The position numbers and the translations under genes were made by a program. DNA of 61,899 nt, the filler included, from Globobulimina sp. (Eukaryota), in NCBI GenBank assembly GCA_003354225.1. It is 23 parts of 23 records of this genome, joined end to end, with 100 filler letters (N's around TTAATTAATTAA, not from the genome) between each part and the next. Parts side by side here need not be neighbours in the genome. Positions count along the whole stretch, not along the records: positions 1 to 2,598 come from PIVH01005807.1; positions 2,699 to 5,296 come from PIVH01005808.1; positions 5,397 to 7,994 come from PIVH01005809.1; positions 8,095 to 10,691 come from PIVH01005810.1; 19 more parts are not named here. One strand, 5' to 3'. Shown one piece after another: positions 1 to 10,791 of this stretch; the first letter of the stretch is position 1, and the number at the start of each line of letters is the position of its first letter. The notes under the pieces were generated by a model that had not been told where the DNA came from, did no database searches, and saw nothing but the letters and a program-made list of their open reading frames with translations.

Positions 1-699
1 GGAAGTGACGTCATCGTAGGATTTTTGTCTATAACTCGATCAATAATAAGCCGTTTTGTCTGAAATTTTTTTATTACAGGTTTTCGGTTATGGCGCGTTA
101 TACCATGGGATTATTTTTTCCGATTTCCGACCGGAAGTGACGTCATCGTTGATTTTTTGTCTCTCCAAATCGAGAGACTATCGTCTATCCATATTATACC
201 ATAATTTTAAAAATTTAATTTAAATTTAATTTTTAGATGGCAAATTGTCAGTGACGGTTTAACTGCATGGAACCATAAATTAGAATTACATTTACCCGGC
301 CGTTTATCAGATGTCGTACGTTGGTTGGTTGAGGCTGAATCGATATTGCTTGCCGGTGTACCGTTGAAAAAATCGGAACCAGTAGAAACACTGAGCAATT
401 TGGATTCTATATTTACAAAACATGACGTAGGTATTTTTTTGTGTATCGCGTAATTTAGTGTTGAACCCGAACGCACAAAATAGCATTATGTAGTGTTTAA
501 TGGCGCAATGACGCACAAAATCGCGTCATTTAGTATTTAATCAATATGACAATGACCGACAAAATCGTGTCAATAATGCACAACATTTCATACCTCGTTG
601 GAGTACATTTACGCTCCACCTGGTCTCACAGTGAAAGTTGTTAAATAAATTACGGTATTTTTAACAGATGATGCAGTGCTACAAAAATTACTTTTTCAG

Positions 700-2377
700 A
701 CTCATTTCGCCGATTACAGTACCCAGTACTCACAATTTCATGCCATCAATCGCAGTGGTAAAGTGGAAGGAAAGCTAATTCCGGCCGAGTTTCTGGACGC
801 TCTCAATGCCCGCTTTCAGCAAGTGACTGAACGTGCCCCCGAACACTTGAAATGGCTGAAATTCTTATTGGCACAATACAGGTAAACTCGACTGAATAAC
901 GTTCGAAGTTGGTCATTAATTATTGCCTCATGTGAGTGAGAGTTGCTTCTTGCCGCGATAACATGTTCATCTTTGGGTTACTGTAGAATTAATTTTTGTA
1001 AGGGTCAAGACGCACTAGTAAGTGTTGTACTACCCTGAGTATGCCAAGTACTGCACGGTATTTTAAACAAATTTTTGAATCATTTGAATCCTTTGAATAA
1101 CGTAGTACTTGCCCAGCAGGGTAGTGCAACACTAGTAGTGAGTCTCGAAACGCAAATCAGTGGTCGTGACATTGACTGCGGTTAAGTGACCAAAAATAAG
1201 TCTATTTTCAGATTATTAGCACAACTTTATTACTTGAATCAAATGATTACGAAATGGCGAAGTGCAGAAAGTTTGGAAGAGCTTGGTCATTTCATCGAAG
1301 AATTCATGGTATGCATATTTTTGATGAATAAATACGTGAAAAATTCATCATTTGGATGCGTTTCAGGACACCAAAGACAACCATCATACTGGCGAAGTTA
1401 TCAAGAATTTACAGGATAAACTCAGAGAATGCGATTATGCGGCAAAAAGTTGAAATTTTTCGTTTTTTCCCATTTCAAACTAATTTTGAGCAATTCTAGG
1501 CGCAGACAAACAACAAGAAGTTTTTCACGTTCTCCATGACACCTCGAATAAATGGGACGAATTTTTGACTAATTTTAATCTGATGGGTGATGAATTGATG
1601 AAAACACGTCAAATGTGGTCTGATAGTTACGATTTATATTGTCCTTTAAATGAATGGATCGACGCCTCTCTCAATCGTCCGCCTGTCACTGATCAAGAAA
1701 GACATGTTAGTATTTTCTTAGTATTATTTACTTATTTATATGTTTATTGATGAGTTTTGATGAAGCATCACTCACGTTAACAATAAGGCAACCAACCGCT
1801 ATTCTATGCAACGGCGGAAAGTGCATAAAATAGTAGTTGCCGATTGTAATTATATCATTGATGAAAGGCGACGGCTATCGCATGCATCACTGAAGTGCAT
1901 TAAGTAGTAGTCTCCGCTTACCGTGAAAGAAAATACATCCATGCACCATCTCGCGGGCGCATGAAATAGCAGCCGCCTTAACCCACCGAATGTGATGACG
2001 TTACAATTTTCAGAATTTGTTCCAAGAAAAAGTTAACCGACTTCACAATTATGAAATGACACTTGCATTGGGATCTCAGTTAGTTGACAGAATTGGGTCT
2101 AATCAAGCTGAGAAAATAATGCAACAATGTGACGAGCTTAGAAGGAAATGGGACGGGTTGGGAATTCTAGAGGTAATTGGAGATGTTTTTTCATTTTTTT
2201 GAGATTTGTTGAATTTACAAATAAAAAGGAAGAACGATTGTTTGGGAGGTGGCGCTGCTTGCAATCATTTCATTATTTCAGGGTCAACAGCAAACAAAAC
2301 AAGGAATAGGACATGGCATCAATCCCAAAGGAAGAGCATTACAAGTCGGTCAAACTATTACACTTACTCTAAAAACG
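700..2377 (+). CDS. Internal exons of a nesprin/ANC-1/MSP-300-like spectrin-repeat protein, probably nematode; exons about 700-881, 1212-1308, 1367-1448, 1500-1705, 2014-2172, 2282-2377
   Basis: Exons splice in frame through GT-AG introns, mostly with TTTCAG acceptors. THFADYSTQYSQFHAINRSGKVEGKLIPAEFLDALNARF...YRLLAQLYYLNQMITKWRSAES resembles the ANC-1 post-CH region. Later exons have spectrin-type W motifs (CDELRRKWDGL). Confidence 0.7.
1005..1148. repeat. Intronic MITE-like foldback element with ~45-bp imperfect terminal inverted repeats
   Basis: CACTAGTAAGTGTTGTACTACCCTG...CCAAGTACT (1013-1052) is the near reverse complement of AGTACTTGCCCAGCAGGGTAGTGCAACACTAGTAGTG (1104-1140). Confidence 0.7.
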
Positions 2378-2598
2378 GTGAGGTCTACATTGTATGTATT
2401 ATACTCAAACTGTGAGGTATATACATTCAGACATGCGCATACCCCAGTACCCAGGTTTCGAACCCTGGTATATTACAATACATGTTTAAGCCATACATAC
2501 AGTAGGTGTCCTCGTCGAGGGGGGTTGGGGGGTCGAGCAAAAGGGCGGGGTAAAGGTCTCGAACAAAAAGCATTGGACAAGTTGGAAGTCGGACAAGT

Positions 2599-2698
2599 NN
2601 NNNNNNNNNNNNNNNNNNNNNNNNNNNNNNNNNNNNNNNNNNTTAATTAATTAANNNNNNNNNNNNNNNNNNNNNNNNNNNNNNNNNNNNNNNNNNNN
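2599..2698. other. Artificial contig spacer (N44-TTAATTAATTAA-N44); the first of 22, recurring about every 2.7 kb (5297, 7995, 10692, 13389, 16086, ~18783, 21478, 24174, 26870, 29566, ~32262, 34958, 37653, 40348, 43043, 45738, 48433, 51127, 53821, 56514, 59207)
   Basis: The same N-padded six-frame stop linker recurs, and the contigs between spacers shrink steadily from about 2598 to 2593 bp. Confidence 0.99.
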
Positions 2699-2700
2699 AT

Positions 2701-3435
2701 ATGATGGACCATCGACATTTTCATACATTGAATCAAAAAGAGATTGAAAGCATTCCATTGCCACAGAAACGGGCTGTAAATAGAAAGAGGACATTTGATG
2801 AATACAATTGCAATGACGGTGTGGATGATAATATTAATAAAAATAATAATAATTATGATCCGGATCCTATTGGGTTTATTAAAAAAATAGCAAAACCATT
2901 TCCAAATCCTGCTGCATGGCGAGATAAAATATCTGAAATGATTGGAGCTGAGAAGAAATTATTGCAAATTACTGACAGTGACGAGAAGTATGATGAGAAT
3001 ATTATCGATTTGTTGTTCAAATATTTAAATGTTAATAACAAAAATAAAAATGAAAATGAAAACGAGAATGGGAGACAAAGTTTTAAAGTGTTATTGTGTA
3101 TAAATCGGTTATTTGCTGTTTTATGTATTCAAATTCCACCAAATTGCGGATTTCTAAATGATTCAAAGTTTAATGATATTTATGTCATGTATGGATTGTG
3201 CAATGTTTCCAAAATAATTACATCCATTTTAACAAATGAAATTAACGAATTGTATTTATATGGAACATTATCTCATATAATGGATGAAAACATTGAATTT
3301 AAATTGTTGAAAATTGTAGGCATTAATAAAGACTTTGTGGCGAGAAATAATTGTAATAAAAAATATAACGACACTCTTGCCAAAATAACACAAAAATTGT
3401 TATCTATTCATGCAAATATTTCCTTTACTAATTAA
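2701..3435 (+). CDS. Hypothetical protein, Asn-rich, possibly 5'-partial
   Basis: 244-aa open frame starting at the contig edge; no recognisable domain. Confidence 0.5.
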   Translation: MMDHRHFHTLNQKEIESIPLPQKRAVNRKRTFDEYNCNDGVDDNINKNNNNYDPDPIGFIKKIAKPFPNPAAWRDKISEMIGAEKKLLQITDSDEKYDENIIDLLFKYLNVNNKNKNENENENGRQSFKVLLCINRLFAVLCIQIPPNCGFLNDSKFNDIYVMYGLCNVSKIITSILTNEINELYLYGTLSHIMDENIEFKLLKIVGINKDFVARNNCNKKYNDTLAKITQKLLSIHANISFTN

Positions 3436-3664
3436 TTTATCATTAAAATAATTCGCAATAGACATTGTTTTTTATCTGTACTTTGTAAAGAATCTGTAAA
3501 GCTACGCGCGGTGAAATCTTTTTAGGTAAAAATATGCAGCTACACTGGCAGTACTATAAATATATACATATCATCGCTGAAAACCAAGTGCAAGGATATG
3601 TACTATGAAAAACACGATAATTTAATAGTAGTATATTATTATTTATTTGGTATAATAATTTTTT

Positions 3665-4180
3665 TTATTCGTCAAGTTTTGGAATTGGTAATTCCTCCCA
3701 TCCAATTTGCCCAGGTTCAAATTTCTCAAAACCATTATTTTGAATACCTCGTATCCAATTCACTCTTTTTCGAACATGCCACACCGGCCACCAAATCATC
3801 GCACCCATTCGATATTTTTCACCGGTTTTAACTCGAGCATCCGAAATATGCCATCCTTTTTTATGTGGTCGAATACGAACCTCTGGATCTCTCCAAAGTG
3901 AATTCCAAAAACAATAAAATGGGAATATACTGCCAAGGACAAAAAGAAGGCACATAATTGATCCCGCCATATACCAATCGTTATGTGAAAAACATAATGC
4001 TTCCCATTCACGAAAATAATGCGTAAAACCATGTCCATGTCTCTGTACAATGTTAAATTTGCCGGGCGGTGATACGGGTTCGTGGACAAAACGGCGCGGT
4101 ATTATGCTGGTCGCATATACGCCACGATACATTCCACGATATATGCCACGATATAATAATCGTTGTCCTACTGACGCCAT
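3665..4180 (-). CDS. NDUFA4: Mitochondrial NDUFA4/B12D-family protein (cytochrome c oxidase accessory subunit)
   Basis: Arg-rich presequence (MASVGQRLLYRGIYRG...RRF), one TM helix, then LWRDPEVRI...GEKY, matching the B12D pattern NPEVRV...GEKY. Confidence 0.65.
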   Translation of the reverse strand: MASVGQRLLYRGIYRGMYRGVYATSIIPRRFVHEPVSPPGKFNIVQRHGHGFTHYFREWEALCFSHNDWYMAGSIMCLLFVLGSIFPFYCFWNSLWRDPEVRIRPHKKGWHISDARVKTGEKYRMGAMIWWPVWHVRKRVNWIRGIQNNGFEKFEPGQIGWEELPIPKLDE

Positions 4181-5740
4181 ATTATAAATCTTCTCTTCCA
4201 AATGCTATTTCTAACAAATTAAGGGTACAAAAAAAACAATTATTCTGTGAAACAAAAAAAATGATTGAGACGTATTGTTAAAAAAAAATGTTATTTCAAT
4301 GGATCGTTTTTAAATGAATAACAATGTTGGCTGACTTGGATGAGATGACATGTATAACAGACTAAACTGATGAAAAATGTTTTAGTTGGAACAATGGCAC
4401 TTTCTGTCGAGCTGTCTGTAAACAATCTATATATGATCTATAAGTTGCTGATTATATTATGTACATCTAACACAACTTCAAAATGTAAATTTCCAAATTC
4501 AAATTTAAAATTGTAGTATTTCTTTCAAACATCACAAAAGGAGTCGCAATAAAAATTACATACGGAAAGGATATATTAAACAAATGTATTAATACAAGAA
4601 AAAAGTAAACGAAAAATGCTACATTTAGAAATAGCTAGTCCTGTTCCATTTGAATTTGATATTGTGAAATGTCCGCTATTTTACGCTTATTAAATTTTAA
4701 TTAGTGAAATGCTGTCACCCAATCTGTTTATATTAAATTTTAATTAGTGAATGTTTTGTGTTATGTATTGATTGGTTATGTTTTATATATTGTGATTGAT
4801 TGTGTTGACGTTAATTTACTTCAAATTCAAATTAAACCATCACAATAATCATCACAATAACCATCACAACAATAATAACAGCAATAACCCCTATAACAGC
4901 CACAACATCAGCAACAACAAAAACTATTAGTGAATTATTTGATTTATTTAGTGGCTCCACGCAGCAAACAAGAAATCCCAGAAAAAGGCAATTGCATCAA
5001 ATATCACAAAGTCCTGCTTCTAAAAAAAGGGAAATAAGTTATGTCAACAATACATTACATAAACAAAACAAAAATATAGAAATTAAATCAATGGAAGGAA
5101 ATGACGATTGTGATGACTAGAAACGGGAAATGAGGATAAAAATGGAACACAAACGGAAACAAATTATATTACTGTAAATAATACAAATGAAGCAAATGAT
5201 ATATCAGATCGGAGTGATTTTGATAAATATAAAAATGTTGGAAATAATGATGTAATTAAAAAATTGGAGATAACAATCAAAAAAACACCAAATGTTNNNN
5301 NNNNNNNNNNNNNNNNNNNNNNNNNNNNNNNNNNNNNNNNTTAATTAATTAANNNNNNNNNNNNNNNNNNNNNNNNNNNNNNNNNNNNNNNNNNNNATCA
5401 TACGACGTAGCAAAATAAGCAAATGCCACAAATTCATCCATAAATTAATTATATGAATAAGGTGCTATGTACACACCGTCTGTCATCATACGACGTAGCA
5501 AATGCTACAAATTCACCCATAAATAAATACAGTTATTAATCCATATGATATTAAATGCCGACTATTGTGTTTGTAACATTTATATCAATCAACTTATACA
5601 AAATAAAAGTATATACCTACAACTTATGCATAGCACAGATACTCAGAAAGCACGCCATGGACGACACAAACACATGTTATTGTTGAGAGCTAAAGATGTT
5701 TAGTGGTGACTTAAAAACTTACATACTGCACAATTTTCTT

Positions 5741-6162
5741 TATTTGTGTGGCTTTTATGTGGTTATTGCGCCACGGACTGAACGTGTAATTATTACTGAG
5801 AGGTTGGCATAGTGGTCGGCCTCCTGGATAGATATTTTTATTACATTATTTGTGTGGCTTTTATGTGGTTATTGCGCCACTCTTTGAACGTGCAATTATT
5901 ACTGAGGGGTTGGCATAGTGGTCGACTTCATGGATTATATTATTTATCACATTAATTGTGTGGCTTTTATGTGGTTATCGCCACGGACTGAACGTGTAAT
6001 TATTACTGAGGGGTTGGCATAGTTGTCAGCCTCATGGATTGTATTATTGATTAGATTATTTCTGTGGCTTTTACGTGGTTATTGCCCCACAGTTTGAACG
6101 TGCAATTTTTACTGAGAGGTTGGCATACTGCTCGGCCTCATGGATTATATTATTTATTATAT
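5741..6162. repeat. Four tandem ~106-bp repeats downstream of the USP ORF
   Basis: The unit TATTTGTGTGGCTTTTATGTGGTTATTGCGCCAC...TGAACGTGYAATTATTACTGAGRGGTTGGCATAGTGGTCGGCCTCATGGAT starts at about 5741, 5847, 5953 and 6057. Confidence 0.95.
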
Positions 6163-6176
6163 TTAATGTACACATT

Positions 6177-7925
6177 TTAGTATGGAAAAATATGGCCTGT
6201 GTCAATAGGATCAACCTGAACACCAGTAAATAATGATGGATTATTTGATATGTTGGCTTGACAATATCCCAAAATATATGCTCTCCCAGAAAACATAAAC
6301 TGATAAAAATCATTACCTGCTTTAGAAATATGTTGATCATTACAAACAAAACATCCATTTGGCTCTCTGATAAAACATACAAAATGACCTCCTGCTCTTG
6401 TGTCATTGTATGGTGCCGGCTGTCCTGTATCATCAAATTGTTGAATGTTACCATCGCCAGTATGCACAATCACAAATTTTAATTCATATTTATTTGGTCC
6501 GTTTGATGCATAATGAGGATATTTATCGTTTAAAACACCACAAATACCATCAGCTTTATACACCAAATAATTTAAATTCAATTCATTTGGAAATGAAATA
6601 TATTTACAATCTTTTGTATACGAAATTTGATTGGGGTTTTGTGCTGAATATGCCATTTTAAACCGTTTCATACGGATCATTAATATATACGGTAGTGATA
6701 TAATACATTCATTGAATGTGTAATTAACTCGTTGTTCTGCAGAAGTTATATTTCCATGTTCATCTCGACTGAATTCTGGAATATCTTTATATGTATCATG
6801 ATCCCGTATAAAATGTAATAAATTCTGCTCCAAGTTATCAAATTCAATATCAACATCAATATTTGGTTTATTTTGAGGGGTGAAAATAGCATTAAACACA
6901 GATCTAAGCGGTTTGTTTTTACGATGAAAATATTCTTTTGATTTATTGATGAATGTTATAGCATCCTGTGCAGTAAATCCAAGAGAAATTAATTGCTGAC
7001 ATGGAATATTTTTCCAACTGCTAACATCATGATAATCAGCAGAATTCAAAGCATTTTCATAGGAACTAAGGTTCCATTCATTCAATATATTTATTGGTAT
7101 TGCACATCCTGACAAAACTCCATCTAACTCAATGTTGAACAATGCATTCCAGTTAAACTTTCGAGAAATATCAGTGCTTTCCCATTCATCACCTTCTGTT
7201 TGTAAAAAATTGCAGAAATTATTAACATAAAAATCCCAACAGTCTTCTGCATCTGCTATTACATCACCGTTATTATCATTATTTTTACTGTTTAAACATG
7301 CTGCAATATTTAGATTTGTAACAGTTGGTTGTACTGTAACAGAACCATTATTGCGCATTGATGTGATCATGCTTTGAAACAAGTTGCCAATTTGATATGA
7401 TAGACAATTTAGAGCAAAATGATGATAAACATTAATATATCCATCTCTCAATGGTTTAATACATGCCAAGCTTTGTAATATTGCATTAAGATAACAAGAA
7501 TTATGTGGATTTAAAATTCCGATTGGTGTGTAGTATCTGTTATCATTTGTACATACTGGCGGCACTGTATTTGTACATACTGGCATAGGAACAGTGCGAT
7601 TAATTATTGTTGATGAGATATTATTCATATGGGCACATCTAATATTTAAGTTATCAATGATGGTTGGCATCTTTATGTTATTAAGATTATATTGCCTTTG
7701 TAATCCAAGAGGATTCCTGTTTCTTCTCCGAAACATATTAAGTAGCTTTAAAGCTACTCGCAATGCAATTGGAAATAACCATTTATCTCTAATCCAAGGT
7801 TGATCAAATATTTTAAATTTTTGTTTAATCTGCGAAAATGATCTCTCAATCAAACCTCGATCCGTATTAAATTGTTTGTTCCAATCTCTTTTTTCAGTAC
7901 AACCATTAAAAATAGAATTTATATA
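6177..7925 (-). CDS. Ubiquitin-specific protease (peptidase C19) with an N-terminal segment resembling a DDE_Tnp_4 (PIF/Harbinger/IS5-like) transposase C-terminus; intronless, 5' end broken
   Basis: Cys box GILNPHNSCYLNAILQSL, DAED motif, LPYILMIRMKRF and His box YELKFVIVHTG...GGHFVCFIR...CNDQHIS. The frame stays open upstream of the listed ORF as EKRDWNKQFNTDRGLIERSFSQIKQKFKIF. Confidence 0.8.
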   Translation of the reverse strand, partial: YINSIFNGCTEKRDWNKQFNTDRGLIERSFSQIKQKFKIFDQPWIRDKWLFPIALRVALKLLNMFRRRNRNPLGLQRQYNLNNIKMPTIIDNLNIRCAHMNNISSTIINRTVPMPVCTNTVPPVCTNDNRYYTPIGILNPHNSCYLNAILQSLACIKPLRDGYINVYHHFALNCLSYQIGNLFQSMITSMRNNGSVTVQPTVTNLNIAACLNSKNNDNNGDVIADAEDCWDFYVNNFCNFLQTEGDEWESTDISRKFNWNALFNIELDGVLSGCAIPINILNEWNLSSYENALNSADYHDVSSWKNIPCQQLISLGFTAQDAITFINKSKEYFHRKNKPLRSVFNAIFTPQNKPNIDVDIEFDNLEQNLLHFIRDHDTYKDIPEFSRDEHGNITSAEQRVNYTFNECIISLPYILMIRMKRFKMAYSAQNPNQISYTKDCKYISFPNELNLNYLVYKADGICGVLNDKYPHYASNGPNKYELKFVIVHTGDGNIQQFDDTGQPAPYNDTRAGGHFVCFIREPNGCFVCNDQHISKAGNDFYQFMFSGRAYILGYCQANISNNPSLFTGVQVDPIDTGHIFPY

Positions 7926-8609
7926 TCACAATAATATAAGGCTACTGGAATCTTTGTACATAACATAATTTATGTTATATTGATATATTATGTANNNNNN
8001 NNNNNNNNNNNNNNNNNNNNNNNNNNNNNNNNNNNNNNTTAATTAATTAANNNNNNNNNNNNNNNNNNNNNNNNNNNNNNNNNNNNNNNNNNNNCCAAAT
8101 ATGAATGAAATAATAATTATTGCATCTATATTTTGTACATTTAATATTTATAATTTATTATCAATTATTAATTCAGCAATATTACCAAAAACATTTGATC
8201 GAATAATAATTAAAGGTGTAGGTGGTTGGTTAGAGAGTGTATTTTCAGATGAAATGCGTTGTAAATTTGTTGAGAGCAATTTTTTTGTTGAGTTAAGAAA
8301 ACATGAATACGAACACGAATTAATAATTTATAAAACTAAATAGTTATTATCAATTTTGCACATTATAATTTAACGGAATAACCCACTTTTAAATTTTCTT
8401 TTTTTTACCATGTATACATTTTAGTACTTATATTTATTTTATCCGCTTCTACTTTTTCATTTTCATTGCTTATTTTTTGATTTTTGTGTCTGTGAAATGC
8501 TCCTACTTGTTTGAGCTGTTTTTAATATCTTTAAATTTTTGTTTGATTATTTTTTGTCTGCTTTGAAAAAAAATACTTTAGTTAAACTAAGAAATAAAAA
8601 TCAAAAATC

Positions 8610-10670
8610 ATGGCAACAACAAACTCAAATTACCAGAAATGCGTCAAGACCTTAACATCGATGAAAAACAAGTACCCAAAACTTAAAGAAGAATTCGTAA
8701 AATGGTACGAAGATGGAGGTTGGGATGACGATGGTTTAAACGATGAATTTTTAGAAGCAGCTGAAGAATCATCATTTATTGATTGGATTAAAGAGAATGA
8801 GTCTATTTCAACAGAGGAACAAGGCAATGAAATATGGCAAGTACTGCACCAAACCATTAAAGGTGATATTGAGTCAGGATCCGGATCGATATCAGGCTCC
8901 ATATCCGAGGAAAAAACAAAGATTCTAAATCCCTATGATTCCTTAGTCGTAAAATTATTATCAACACAAATTGCATCTTCTGAAAGGAAAAAACATATCG
9001 AATCATCAAAATCACCAACCAAACAACGTATAACTACACAATCTGCGTCAATGTTACCTGCTGCCTCCAGTGGTGGTGGCTTATTTGGTAGAAAAAAAAA
9101 TCAAGCACAAGATATATTGATGTGTGAATTGTTAGGATACAAAAACAATAATTATCCTCTATTATTGCATTTTGTTGATGCATATATCCGGTTTGTTACC
9201 CATTTTCTTAGAAACAGTGTCATTGTCACACTCAAGCAGTTTTTTTAGATTTTGGACATTTTGCATAAGCTTAACCATGGCAACTACCTCACTAATGACA
9301 CCTAAGTACGCGTGGTATAAGTGACCATAAAATAAATATAAACTAATAAGTGTGTTGTGTGTTTTTGCAAACGTTAAAGATGTCAATTAAATGAATGGAT
9401 ATATCGCGGTAAGAAACAACCGGAGAGATTTTCGTCCACAGATTTTTTTGAGAAATATTGTGCAAACCCACATTTCCGACAATATAAAGAGATTAATTTG
9501 GCGCAACAAACAATCGATTTTGTACGTACAGCAATAGATTCGTACCAAAAAAGAGTGTTACCCAGTTTTAAATTTATGGAACCGATATATAAAATAAATG
9601 GTACTGCATTGGATATCAGTGACTATTTTTTTGAAATGGCGCGCATTGCACGCAACTGTGCCTCCCAACCAATGCATAATTTTACATCCATAATCCCCAT
9701 GCAAATTGATTTTATGATATTAAATACCAAAATCAAAGATGTTCGACCTCGTGCCCAGGATTGTGCAGGTTTGTAATTGTATAAATATTGCTTTTTTTAG
9801 GCTTGCAATGCTATAAAATCCAAACAAATAAAGGTGTAAAGGCATTGTTTTCTGACGAAGACTGGGACGAAGAGGATGAGACAAAATCGGATGACGAAGA
9901 CGGTTTGGATGAGAATGAGAACGTTTCCAAGGATTTAGACAAATTGTTATCAGATAAAAACATAAAATATCATGTTTATAAAAACCCGTTGCGAGATATG
10001 CTCCGTTGCACAGAGGACATAAAACGCATTGTTGATAATAAACGGTCGCAAAGAACTATATTCATTTTAGATCGGCGAGGAAATAGAAATAAAAATCATG
10101 CAGAATCGCATGGCACCGCTGGGGATAAATTGTATTTGTTCAAACCCAGAAAGTTTAACAATTTCGAGGATAATTATCAAGAATTAATACATGCTTCGCT
10201 TCATCACAACAGCGTTGTTAAGTGATATTTATTCAATGTGTATTTTAATATACTTTGTCAACCAAACCAATATAATATTTGTGTGTAATACATATATAAA
10301 TGTGACAGAATACAATTGTTCCTCGATCGGGCAAAGGAAAAAAGGATTTTACTGTTCGGGAAGGTTTGCGGGGACAAATGTTTGTTATTTCGTATCATAT
10401 TATGTCCAAAGAAGAGATCCGATGTTATTTATTTTATCAGGGACAATGTTTTCGATTTTATGGTGAAGATTTGATTAATGTGTTACCGATTTCTTTTTGA
10501 ATGAGAAAGAAATTCATAAGTTGTTATTAAATAAATATAATCATCAACAAAAATGGAGGAAAGCATTTGATGAATTTGCGGACACATTCATTGATAACAA
10601 ATTTAAAATGTTTTATCATGGCTTAACGGGGAAGATTCCCAGAATACCAGTCATTCAACAAAAATACTGA
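8610..10670 (+). CDS. Hypothetical multi-exon protein
   Basis: Consecutive ORFs (8610-9248, 9498-9776, 9788-10225, final exon ending ...IPRIPVIQQKY* at 10670) separated by short AT-rich GT-AG introns; no domain recognised. Confidence 0.6.
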
Positions 10671-10791
10671 TTGATTGGATTCATCTTGTTTNNNNNNNNN
10701 NNNNNNNNNNNNNNNNNNNNNNNNNNNNNNNNNNNTTAATTAATTAANNNNNNNNNNNNNNNNNNNNNNNNNNNNNNNNNNNNNNNNNNNN

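Noticed and set aside
4838-4925. TAA-as-Gln genetic code (TCA CAA TAA ... CAA TAA TAA CAG)
   Set aside because: The same tract reads stop-free as His/Asn or Thr/Ile in other frames, and genes on this contig end in TAA with no internal TAA; low-complexity or decayed sequence is more likely
5741-6162. CRISPR array
   Set aside because: The units are similar along their whole length with no unique spacers, there are no cas genes, and the context is eukaryotic
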